Made by a program: the position numbers and the translations under genes | Source: Rhodosorus marinus CCMP1338 | Lineage: Eukaryota; Plantae; Rhodophyta | Reading direction: 5' to 3' | DNA length: 64,000 bases | Assembly (NCBI GenBank): GCA_029953675.1 | Contig: JAMWBK010000007.1 | Span: forward strand, 62,001-126,000 | Shown: piece after piece, positions 50,641 to 60,996 of the stretch | Numbering within the stretch: position 1 is the first letter of the stretch | How the letters are laid out: each line of letters opens with the position of its first letter | The notes under the pieces: generated by a model | Database searches by the model: none | What the model saw: the letters and a program-made list of their open reading frames with translations, nothing else | Told to the model about the DNA's origin: nothing

Positions 50641-51291
50641 CCCTAACCAATGCAACAAAACACCAAAAACCCTTCGGCTCCTTTGCCACTCTTCAAGATT
50701 CCAGACTTTCATGATAACAGGGAAAAAGGGGGTTTTTGTGAGGGGAGGGGAGAGGGGGGGGGGGGTTTGGACGGATTTGTGAATTGCGTGTAATTAAGCA
50801 AAAGGAGACACTAGCAACAGTTTGAGGGGGTAGATTGCTTACTGGGAAGTTTGGTGTAGCGGAATGTCGATTGAGTTTTTTAGAGGGGAGGGTAAGGTAC
50901 GAGACTCCGTAGAAGTATCTCCTTTCATGGAGAGAATTTACCTCCTTTGCAGAAACGAAATGTATGGCAGGAAATGTTTTCAAGTCGATAGAGGCAGAGG
51001 CTTTTCGTTCACCCCCGTCTCGAACGTTGAGTTTTCTAAGGTAACCCCAGTCCCAAACATCGGAGGATTTTTATCCTCCGATGCTTGAGACTGAACTGAC
51101 CGTCCAACTGAGTACAGTTCGCCGTACCTGGACTTTAAGATCGCATAAAAGTCCGTCGCTTGATGGATGTCATCGAGGGAGAGTGGTGGGGTCCGGCTAG
51201 CACTGCTTCAGAGGACGCAATACTCGGTCTGGAAACTCGTCACTGGCCTTGTAAGGAGAAGGACGCGTAGCCTTCGCTTTCGTTGAAGAAA

Positions 51292-53649
51292 ATGAGGACT
51301 TCAATGTTACTTGGCCTGTTCGCGCTGTGCGCTTCGTGCGCGTGGGCAGAAACGATTACGCTCAAGTGCGATGAGGAGCTGCGAGCTCAGGTCCAAGGTG
51401 CAGAAGCTGGCAACGTGCTACTCGCTGGTGGAGGTTGTATGTGGACAATCGACAAGCCTGTTCGGGTCTCAGTGCCATTAACAATACGTGGAGTACACGC
51501 TAGGGTCAAGAATGGCAAATTCATTCCCATTTTCGATGTCCGTGGAGACAACGTGACAATTACTGACTGCCGACTGGTTGGTAACTTTGGCACGATCTTC
51601 GAGACGAGGAGGAGGCCGCTCATCTACGCTCGCGGGAGCAATTTTGTAATGGAGAGGCTGAAGTTTTTCAAGGGTTCCAAGGATGGAATTGAAGTAGTCC
51701 CCCGGAATTCGCAGACCAACCCAATTAGGAACGGACTAATCAGAGACATTGTAGGCTACGATATGAACCGCGACGTTGTTGCGATTGATGGAAACGGCAG
51801 GGATGACGGCAGCGGAGGAGACTTCATCTCGAACATCACGATAGACAATGTCCGATCACACACAAGTCTGCAAGCAGGAGCGGTTGAAGTAAGCGACGGA
51901 GTATCCGACATATCAGTCCGCAACGTTTATGCTATCGACAGCATCTACGCGCTGACCATACAGGATCACTTGGCGGTGACGGAGGAAAACCGCCGTATTA
52001 TCGCCTCGAATATTGTCGCGGACTACTCCAACTACACGTTCTTTGCAGAGACAAACTTCACGGTGGCCCACAGAGACGTAGACATAAGAAGAGTGATGTC
52101 ATACAAGTGCCAGAAGAGCGTGTTCTTTAGTCACATTGATAACACGACGGCGACGGACGTGAGGTCTAGGCATTCGCTTAATCCCGAAAATGACGCAGAC
52201 GTCATTGACTGCAACCAGTTCACTGGCATCGACTGGAACTTCTTTGGCAATCCCCACCCGCGGGGCTATGTTGCCCTGAGGGCGTCGGGCAGTTTGGACG
52301 TGACCTTGAAGGGAATGATCATCAACCCAAAGAGCTTTTACAAAGGCGGTATTCTGTTCGTAGAAGACGTGGACGCCACGGAACCACAGCTTGACTTGAG
52401 CGAATCCGATTTATCGGACGCCCTGGTCTTTGAAACGAGTTTCGTTGAGGGGACACCGACTCCTACACCATCTCCAACTGCAACGGAGAGGCCCCCAACG
52501 CCCTCGCCAACCCTACCTCCGTCTCCCACGGCAACGCCGAGTCAAGCCCCAAACGTCGAACCGGAAGTTGAAATCAACTGCGCAATGGACTTGCAGGCGC
52601 AAATTGATGCGGCCCCTCCGTACACAACTCTGAAGGCTCCAGATGGAGAATGCTGCAACCTTTTCACGTCGGAGACCTTTGTGCTCGCTAAACCCCTCAC
52701 TATAGCTGGCCTGTGCGTTTCGCTAAATCCCGGGGTGGAGAGGAAGCCGATCTTTTTAATTCAAGCTCAGGAGGTTGTGATCCTTGACTCGGTCCTGACC
52801 GGAAATATTGGGACGGTAGATGTAAGAAAGGGTGCACCGCTCATCATCGCGCGGGATTCACACTTTGCGGTTAAGGGCAGTCGGCTGGACTTTTCTAGCA
52901 GCCACGCGATTCTGGTTCAAGGTAGCCCTCACAAGGCCGTACTCGAAGGGGGAGTACTTAGAAATATCACAGGAAAGGGCAACCTCGGGTCAATGGTCAA
53001 TGTACGTGGCGGCATGCATAGATTCGGTACGACTCGACACATCGTGGTTGAAAACATCTATGCAGAGGACAGCAAATACGGTGGGGCGTTGGAGATGGGC
53101 GATGGCGTTCAGGATATCTGGGCTGACTCGCTCTCCGCTCTGCGATGCGCACGTGCTGTAGCAGTATGGGACCATGGCCGTAGACGATTGCACGTGTTAC
53201 AGCGAATATTTGTCACCAACGTCCGAGCCGAAGACTGCAAGCTTGGTTTAGGGGTTCGAGGTAGCAAAAACGGCTTTGACTTTTCCGCGGAGGGTCTCGT
53301 TGCGAAGCACTGTGAAACAGCTCTAGCCATCAAGGGGGTTGACTATGCGAGGGTTTACGACATTGTCACCGAGAACGCTGAGTTTACGCGGAGCCAGATC
53401 CAGGTCGAAGACGCATTTGGGACAGCCCTGCGGCATTTGCACTTCGCTACCGGACGGGGGCAAGCCGCTATCTTCGTAAAGGCGTCCAACGACGTGATCA
53501 TTTCCGACGCCAGCCTCGCTCCCGGGACGCACTTCCAGTACGGCCTCGCCTTTGATGAGGACAACCAGCATCCGTGGTCGGCGATAATCTTCGATCCAAA
53601 TCTGTTGGACTTCAGCAACGCTGCTATTAGCCCCGTGGTTGTGTTCTGA
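51292..53649 (+). CDS. Secreted protein with two right-handed parallel beta-helix (pectin lyase-like) domains joined by a Pro/Thr linker
   Basis: Signal peptide MRTSMLLGLFALCASCAWA. Beta-helix-type spacing (NITIDNV, DISVRNV) and internal duplication (LKCDEELRAQV / INCAMDLQAQI; GAVEVSDGVSDI..QDH / GALEMGDGVQDI..WDH). No introns needed. Confidence 0.8.
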   Translation: MRTSMLLGLFALCASCAWAETITLKCDEELRAQVQGAEAGNVLLAGGGCMWTIDKPVRVSVPLTIRGVHARVKNGKFIPIFDVRGDNVTITDCRLVGNFGTIFETRRRPLIYARGSNFVMERLKFFKGSKDGIEVVPRNSQTNPIRNGLIRDIVGYDMNRDVVAIDGNGRDDGSGGDFISNITIDNVRSHTSLQAGAVEVSDGVSDISVRNVYAIDSIYALTIQDHLAVTEENRRIIASNIVADYSNYTFFAETNFTVAHRDVDIRRVMSYKCQKSVFFSHIDNTTATDVRSRHSLNPENDADVIDCNQFTGIDWNFFGNPHPRGYVALRASGSLDVTLKGMIINPKSFYKGGILFVEDVDATEPQLDLSESDLSDALVFETSFVEGTPTPTPSPTATERPPTPSPTLPPSPTATPSQAPNVEPEVEINCAMDLQAQIDAAPPYTTLKAPDGECCNLFTSETFVLAKPLTIAGLCVSLNPGVERKPIFLIQAQEVVILDSVLTGNIGTVDVRKGAPLIIARDSHFAVKGSRLDFSSSHAILVQGSPHKAVLEGGVLRNITGKGNLGSMVNVRGGMHRFGTTRHIVVENIYAEDSKYGGALEMGDGVQDIWADSLSALRCARAVAVWDHGRRRLHVLQRIFVTNVRAEDCKLGLGVRGSKNGFDFSAEGLVAKHCETALAIKGVDYARVYDIVTENAEFTRSQIQVEDAFGTALRHLHFATGRGQAAIFVKASNDVIISDASLAPGTHFQYGLAFDEDNQHPWSAIIFDPNLLDFSNAAISPVVVF

Positions 53650-54049
53650 TAGTCCAACTCCGTGCGTAAATTGGTTCGGACCTGTCCCCCCAGGTCCCAC
53701 CGAATCAATCACTGCGGCTTCAGATTTCAGTTCCACCGCCACTTCCATATCATAGAAAACAATTAAAAGAAAAGGGCACGAAATATTCAATCAACATCTA
53801 CGAAATATATTCAGTCAATGAAAACTAACTTCGAAAACTCGCAACACTTTTTGCCCCGCTGTAAAGCGGGGCAAAATTAATTTTTGGATTAAACCATGCG
53901 TTCGCTGTAAAGAAAGACGTGACTGGCGTGCGGGAAATGTCAGCAAAAAGGAAAAAAAAAACTGCCCCTTTTCGATCTCGATCGATTAACTTCTATCATA
54001 TTCCTTAATAAAAACCAATTAAAAGGGAGGGTTCTCGTAGGTTGTCATG

Positions 54050-54640
54050 GGGGCGTCCGATAAAACGCTTACCGGACGGTCCAATAGAATTTTTTTTTAA
54101 AGTAGATAGACTATTGAGAATCAGTATAAAGTGATGGGATGTCAGCTTGCCATTCATGAAAAAAAAAAAAAACACGTCCGGTTGCCCTCCTTAATTTATC
54201 GGACCCGTCCGATAAACGGGTCCGAAAAATCGTTCCGATATTCAATCAACGTTAGTCTAATCATCAATCATCTCCGGCCAAGGCATTGAATCATGATTAC
54301 TTCTAGGTGATAACAAACTTTCGCTCAGCATGAATCATGATTACTTCTCGGGATGAGAAGCAGCTGCTAGCCGAACTCGACAGGCTGTTATAGAATTGGT
54401 TGATTACAAAAACCAGCTTTGTTATCACCCCCACCCTTCCCCCCCCCCGGGCCCATCCATAGCAAAAGGTAATCATTCCTTGCCTGTTAGTCAACAAAAT
54501 CAAACTTTAGACCAGTCGGCTAAAATCGAGCAAGCATAGACAAAAAAATCATGAAAAATATCGCAATAGGTCGTTATCGGACCATTTATCCGACGAAGTA
54601 TATTATTTTCTTTTATATTCAGGTTCAATAGACTCATATT
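54050..54640. repeat. Non-coding repeat, copy 2, upstream of the second beta-helix gene
   Basis: Colinear similarity to 50125-50640. Confidence 0.8.
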
Positions 54641-55158
54641 GACAACCCTAGAATATATCACTAAACTCGGAACGTTAGGTAGGACGTTTCGGACGTTTCG
54701 GACGTTTGGTGAGTGGGCGTGTCTGTGAGAGAGTACACTCACTCTCAGACTTGGATTGGGATTTGGATTACACAATACGAAGGTGCCAATGTTTGCCCGG
54801 ATTTCGGACTTGACCGAGTTTTTGGAGGCGTTGGGAGGGGGGAGGAGGTGGATCTTTGTTTGGAGGCGACAATTGTACTCCTTTTGGATTGTTTTGGACG
54901 GCTAGTAAGTGCGTACAGTCGGACGATGGGATTGGGATTTGGTACGTCTGCAGGGCGGACTTCAGAGAGGTTTTGGAGGCGGACCAGTGTAAGGGCTTTC
55001 GCTTGCGTCCTCCTGCGCTTGGTTGGAGTGTAGATAGCGAGGGAGGTGAAGAAAAGGTATTGCGGTGGAGGACGGTAAGAGGGATGGATGAAAGATGAGA
55101 GCGTTAGATGTGAGATTTTGAACAAGGTTTTTGTTAGGGCGGAGAGGCAGGGGGGGAT

Positions 55159-57552
55159 ATGATGAAGGGAATAAATTTTGTTCTCGTTGCTGTCGTGTTG
55201 TCCGTGGTTTGTGGAGAGCGGATTGTACTGAACTGTAGGAAGGATCTCAAGTCGCAGATTGAGGATGCGGAGAACGGCTCGGAGATCCTGGCGCCATCCG
55301 GGGGTTGCGAGTTTGTTCTGCACAAGCACGTCAACGTGACGAGAGACGACATCACAATCCGAGGACTGCGCGCTAGGGTTAGGGATGGCTACCCTGAACC
55401 TATCCTCAACGTGACCGGCGATCGTTTTGTAATGACCGACTTCGAGCTCACTGGGAACGCCGACTCAATTTTGGACGGACTAAGAGAGACTTTGGTGTAT
55501 CTTCATGGCAACGATTTCGATATTCGAAGAGGAAAGGTTTCCTTGGCCAGCAGAGATGCCATCGGTATCCAACCGGTGTGGTTTTCCCCTAACAAGCGGA
55601 TTGACCGAGGCAGAGTATCCGACATCGTTGGCTACAGAAACAGCCGGGAGACTGTATCCCTAGGCAACTTTCCGCTTCTGGATTTCGATACTGGTGACTA
55701 TGGGACCGAGGAGGAGAGGAAAACGGTGTACGTGAGCAACGTCCACCTTGAGAACATTAGAGCGTACGGGAGCGAGTTGAAGGGCGCTCTGGAGGTCAGC
55801 GACGGCGTTGAGGATATAGTGGTTAAGAACATTTACGCCGAGGACTGTCGGTATGGAATCGCCATTCAAGACCACGGAGTGAGCGAATACGAGTCCAACA
55901 ATCGAGTTTCGGTGTCAAATCTTATCGTTTTCGATAGCGATTTCGCCGTTCTCAGTCAGACAAATCCCATTCCTCATTCTGATATCTCGTTCAAGAGGGT
56001 CTTGGCCACGGACTGTACAAGAGGTCTGAGAATGAGGCATATTGCGAGGCTTAGGATGGATGATGTTCGCGTATTGGAAAGTGGCGGATATTTTCTGGTG
56101 CAGAGAGGTCGTTCGCTGAACGAGTTCGAAGATTGTCCGTCGTTGAGGATCAGAGATCTGTTGATCTCCGGCGGAGGCGCACAGGCGGTAGCGATCCAGC
56201 AGTCTTCAGGCGTATCGCTGACGGGAATCTCGCTGGCGGAAGAGCCGAAAGTATCCAAGTTTGATGTCGGTGTCCAGTTCATGGAGGAGAAGGGCAAGAG
56301 CGCGAAGAATGAACTAGAGATCAAACAGTCGTTCCTCGACCCGGCGAGGGAAGATGATATCAAGATTGTCCCTGCAACCCCTGTCCCGGAACCCACCGAG
56401 GAAGCCACTGAACCCCCTGAAACCCCTCTGCCGGAGGTGGAGCCTCCGGCGTTTACCGAGGCACCGAAACCGGATCGGGGAGGTGATCCCATGGTTTTCC
56501 TCAGGTGCAGTAGAGATCTCGAGCAGCAGCTGGCTGAGGCGGAACCGTACGCGACACTGATCGGTCCGAGCTACTGCACGTTCAAGGTGCGAAGAACGAT
56601 CAAGTTGAGACAGCCGCAGATCTTGACTGGCTTGAAGGTCCAGCTGGTGGGAGACACGAGCACCCCTATCTTCTCCATTGAATCTGAGGACGTTAAGATC
56701 TTCCAGTTCTCGCTCAAAGGCAACGGGCGTGGAGCTCCGCTCATGGTCATCATCTCCGGAGGCAACTTCTTCATCGAGGACGGATCGTTCTCGTCGACTG
56801 ATGGCGACGCCGTGGCGCTTGAACCTAGAAATGATGCAACATCCCTGGAGGGTGGCCACTTCCGAAGGCTTCGTGGGAATAGGATAGGTGGATACCTGCT
56901 TTCTCTCAGAGCCGGTTCCAAACCCAAGGCCTTTGCAAAGAACTTTTTCATTGAAGATCTCTCACTGACGAAGGGAGGTGGCGTCCTGAAGATGAACGAC
57001 GGCGTAGAGAACGTGTTTGCGCATGATCTATCCGCTAGGGACTGCAAGACCGCGGTGTTGATCAAGCACAACGGGAGCAAGTCGCTGGTCAGCAGCGCCT
57101 TCGTGACTTCACTTAGCGCGAAGAACTGTAACCGGGGTGTCCAAGCCACCAACGGTTCCGACAGAAAAATGCACCTCTCAATGGCGGACATCAGCTTGAT
57201 CAACTGCGTGAGAGGGATCAGGCTAACGAACGTCAAGGGGCCACGAATCTATGGAGTACGCATCAAAAACTCACGCAGAGATCCCATAACGCTCACCAGC
57301 TGTGATTTTGCTGTCTTGAGGGTTGTCGATATCGACGGCACATCGCCCTTGGTTATCGATAGCGCCATCTACATCTACCGGTCGAAGAAAGTCATCGTGG
57401 CTACCCCAACCATCGGCGCTGAAACTCAGTTCAATTACGGACTCACATTCGACGAGGGCAACAAGACTCCACGCTGGGCACGTTTCCTGATGATTATCAA
57501 CGAGGATTTTGCTGCTGCAAAGAAATCGCCCATCCGTATTGTAGGTGGTTAA
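55159..57552 (+). CDS. Paralogous secreted double beta-helix protein
   Basis: Signal peptide MMKGINFVLVAVVLSVVCG, LNCRKDLKSQI, GALEVSDGVEDI..IQDHG, a Pro/Glu linker, and a second domain starting LRCSRDLEQQL. Confidence 0.8.
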   Translation: MMKGINFVLVAVVLSVVCGERIVLNCRKDLKSQIEDAENGSEILAPSGGCEFVLHKHVNVTRDDITIRGLRARVRDGYPEPILNVTGDRFVMTDFELTGNADSILDGLRETLVYLHGNDFDIRRGKVSLASRDAIGIQPVWFSPNKRIDRGRVSDIVGYRNSRETVSLGNFPLLDFDTGDYGTEEERKTVYVSNVHLENIRAYGSELKGALEVSDGVEDIVVKNIYAEDCRYGIAIQDHGVSEYESNNRVSVSNLIVFDSDFAVLSQTNPIPHSDISFKRVLATDCTRGLRMRHIARLRMDDVRVLESGGYFLVQRGRSLNEFEDCPSLRIRDLLISGGGAQAVAIQQSSGVSLTGISLAEEPKVSKFDVGVQFMEEKGKSAKNELEIKQSFLDPAREDDIKIVPATPVPEPTEEATEPPETPLPEVEPPAFTEAPKPDRGGDPMVFLRCSRDLEQQLAEAEPYATLIGPSYCTFKVRRTIKLRQPQILTGLKVQLVGDTSTPIFSIESEDVKIFQFSLKGNGRGAPLMVIISGGNFFIEDGSFSSTDGDAVALEPRNDATSLEGGHFRRLRGNRIGGYLLSLRAGSKPKAFAKNFFIEDLSLTKGGGVLKMNDGVENVFAHDLSARDCKTAVLIKHNGSKSLVSSAFVTSLSAKNCNRGVQATNGSDRKMHLSMADISLINCVRGIRLTNVKGPRIYGVRIKNSRRDPITLTSCDFAVLRVVDIDGTSPLVIDSAIYIYRSKKVIVATPTIGAETQFNYGLTFDEGNKTPRWARFLMIINEDFAAAKKSPIRIVGG

Positions 57553-58069
57553 ATTGATCCTTTCAACAAGCGCGTTGTTTGGCTTCCAGAGCTCTCCTTC
57601 CAAAGCCAAGGTGTGTACATATTGTAATAAATGATTCCAACGATCTGCCAGAGAGCTGTTAAAAGCCACACACTTTCTAGAAGTCAATGGCCGTGGCGGG
57701 TGTCGTACCGATGAAGATGCTGCGCAGCAGCAGCCTCATAGAAGTTGATCCGCCGGTTCTGAAACTAAACCACTAGCCGCACTTTCTGCGGCTGTGGAGC
57801 CGCAAAGCCGCTAGTCGCGGCGCTGTGGACAAGGCTGCAATAGTTCTCCCAGTCTCCTTAACCAGGTTCAATTCGCTGCTGACACCCATACTTCCATATG
57901 GAATGGCGTTCAAAAAGGCTGAGCCCAGGATCAATTCTACGATGTGCCGTCAACGCTTCACATCAGACTTTGGAAGCATTTGCAGTGTCTGAAGCTGATC
58001 TCTCAAACCAGATCACTCCCAAGATACCTCCCAGCAAAGTCCAACCCCGTTGGCTTGTCCATCGAAGCA

Positions 58070-58590
58070 TCAGCAAATGCACTCCATCCAAACGAAATTG
58101 ATCTTGTTCACGGTCGTCGCTGTGAACGAAAATTAGATCAAGCCTTGAATGAAGAATCAAGTTCTGCATATGTAGATCACTCGCTCAGCACGCCTCCCAA
58201 ACTTTCGAAACCAAGCCCACCTTAGCAGCATCGGACTGGAAACAGGGCCTTCGATTTTTTGGCACTTTTTCCTGCTTCCTGCTAGCAACAAAGTAAACGG
58301 AAAAAGCATCGCCACGAGATGTTGATCTTGTTCACCATCGTCGGTGTGCAAGCAGATCAAACCTTAAAATGAAGATGAAGAATCAAAGTGCTTCACGAGT
58401 AGATCACTCACTCACCACGCCTCCCAAACTTCAAAACCAAGCCCCGCTTTTGTAGCAAGAGGGTCTCTTCGGCTTTGCAACTTTTTTTCCGGCTTCTTCC
58501 TGCAAGGCGCGCAACATGGCAATCGGAAATGTATCATCGCCCACGAGATATAGATCTTGTTCCCGTCGGTGAACAAGTAGCTCATGTAGA
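58070..58590. repeat. Degenerate tandem triplication (about 230-bp period)
   Basis: GATCTTGTTC at about 58100, 58324 and 58553. GATGAAGAATCAA/AATGAAGAATCAA...GTAGATCACTC.CTCA.CACGCCTCCCAAACTT..AAACCAAGCCC occurs twice. Confidence 0.7.
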
Positions 58591-59025
58591 TGAAACGTTT
58601 TTGATGTAGAGAGGTGACGGTGTCAACGGTAACCTTTTCTTTGGGATGTTCTTGTTCCTTCTTTGCTGTTCTCGTTTCATCATTTCGTCTAGACGATTAG
58701 TAGTGGGACAACAAGAAGCTGCTTGCGAAAGCATTTGGAAGACAACCGGGGCGGGTCGAGTGTTAGAGGAGTGAATGGAGAGTTGGCGTGGTTTTCGGGT
58801 GGGAGGGTGAGGAAACTTGTTTGGGTGGGGGGGGTGGGGAAGAGATAAGAACAGGCTGCTGCGAAGCAGCAGCAGGATTGATCTTTTCGTGTACGGGTTT
58901 GTGAAGAAGGAAGTGGGGACGAAGAGGACAAGTTTTCTTGTCGAGAGGTTTTTGTTTGCGGGGGAGCGGGTTGTTTTGAAGGAGGGGCTTCTGGGAAGGG
59001 TGGGAAGCGACCGCGTTTTGCGGCG

Positions 59026-59671
59026 ATGATGAATATGATGAGTGGGTTTGTGGGATCTGGAGCTTGTGGTGGGAGGAAGAGGGGAGTTGGCGGGAGGTGT
59101 GTAGTGGTTCGGATGGGATTGGAGAATACATCTGTGGAAGGGTTTGCTGGGGCGTTGAGGATGATATTTAGTGGGAATGTAGATACTCAGTTGATGAAGG
59201 ATACGTTGTTGACGCCGCAGACGAACCAGATCATGTCTGCGTTTGCGGGAGGAACGGTGGGAGTGATGAGTTCGGTGCTTATATACGGCAAGCGAGTTCA
59301 AGAGGTGAGGTAGAAGAAAAAAGCACGGAACGGGAGCCTCAGATCGTCGATTTTTTCTAAAAAGCAACCATGATCCGTTTCTCTGATGCCCGGGTTCCTA
59401 GCTGAAAGAAAAGCAGCAGTGTTGCTACTGTCGTGGGGCGGGAACACTTCCATGTGGACAATGCTACACGATAGGCGCAGTTCCCACTGCTGGAATGCCG
59501 CTTGGAAAATCCAATTGCGAAGCCTGTGATCGACGAGGTTACATTACATGTGAACACTGCCGCGGAACGGGAAGAGCAGACCCCTTAGATTTCTCCAAGA
59601 AGACAAGAAGCCAGTTCTTTCTACCCGATGACGACGAATACTACGACGACAAAACCAACCCATTCATTTGA
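59026..59671 (+). CDS. ORANGE-like plastid DnaJ-type zinc-finger protein, two exons (59026-59304, 59402-59671)
   Basis: Transit-peptide-like N-terminus and TM segment SAFAGGTVGVMSSVLI. After a 97-nt GT-AG intron comes LKEKQQCCYCRGAGTLPCGQCYTIG..CEACDRRGYITCEHCRGTG, four CxxCx(G)xG-type repeats. Confidence 0.78.
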
Positions 59672-60110
59672 TCGATCCCGCTCTCTGTCGCTGCCCACCA
59701 GTAGAGAAGCAAAATTCGACCCCCTCGTGTCTCCTCCAGAAGCAATGACGCAACATAGCAAGCCAACAAAACAAAACCAAAAAAAATTGGCACCAACGCC
59801 ATTGCCGCCACCGATCGATCCCTGTCGGGAAGAACGTGAATGCCAAGCGCAGCCTCACCTCCGAATGAACAGCAACAACGCCATGGCGATGGCGAAGGTA
59901 TGGAAGAAAAGTTCGTTTGGATCGGAAGCTATGGACGAGCCGAAGCGCTTACTGGAGCAATGCCTACCCATGACTAGCCAAAGCCAACAGACTGGAGGAA
60001 GAACCTCTTCGGAACTGGAACTTTGGGGTCTATTTCCGTAGCGAAGGTCTACGGAAGCATAGAGTTGGGTGCCGAAGCTAGCTACTGGGAGCACAGAGTG
60101 CTTGGACAGC
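59641..60110 (-). CDS. Possible fragment of a spliced membrane-protein gene
   Basis: Hydrophobic stretches (FFHTFAIAMALLLFIRR; AMALVPIFFGFVLLACYVASLLL) can be joined through very short GT-AG introns. No family was recognised, and the predicted end overlaps the neighbouring CDS. Confidence 0.3.
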
Positions 60111-60996
60111 CGCAGGAGCTACTTGAGGGACTTGAAGGGAAGCTGAAGGCTTAACAGAACGAGATTGGAGCCGAGAGGGTATGCTGATACACTTTGGAAG
60201 GACAGACAAGGCGGGAGACGGGACAGATCAAACCTACTAGGACACAACAAACAAAAAAAAGTACAAAAGGTATCATGTAAAGAGCAGCGGGCTACCTTTA
60301 TTGGTCTTCTCCTAAGTTTTGTCCTGGTATTTTGTTGAAGACGGATAGTCGCAAGCCCCGGAGCAAAGATACGCAAGTTAGATCACAACCTTGTCTCAAG
60401 CATTCGCCCCTGTGGCTTGTCGAAGGATGTATCGTTAATAGCGTGAAGGGTAGCTAGATAAGCTCTTGCATGCAAAAAGGTCTCCAGAACCCCAAGGGCG
60501 TGGTGCAAAGTTTGTGGGGTCAACGGTTGCTATGGATTGTTACCTTGCCCTCCAGCTTCGATGGACGGAGCCATTCATTTCAAGAGCAGCTCCTCGTATA
60601 CAACGAGCCTACGGACGGAGAACGGGATAAGAGCCTTCGGAAAGAAGCGATGCCTGACCAATCTTCGCCCCAGACTAGCTTTGGTCCTAAACCATATATA
60701 CAAAAAGCGGTGCGCAAAGAAGCCTCGGTACAGTGACTCCATTCATCTCAGGCCCGAGGGAACCGCCACAGTCCTAAATGCAAGCTCGTGCTCGCAATTA
60801 ATCAGCGGCTCTGAACCGTATGGGAACCAGATTACCACGGCTTCTTGAAAGCTATCCATCCATCCTAGACGAGATTGGCCAGCCTATCAAACTGTTCGCG
60901 CCAGCCGATCAAGTTCACACACAGAGGAGCAGCTTGCGGCTGTGTCTCCATTGTCAAAGTCAGCGATCAGAAGGAGTCTTTGCGAGTTTGGTGTTT

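Noticed and set aside
54745-55329. 194-aa minus-strand ORF
   Set aside because: Low-complexity antisense of the purine-rich upstream region and the start of the beta-helix gene; no motifs.
58582-59367. 261-aa minus-strand ORF
   Set aside because: Starts at a non-ATG codon, is compositionally biased, and is antisense to the ORANGE-like exon 1.
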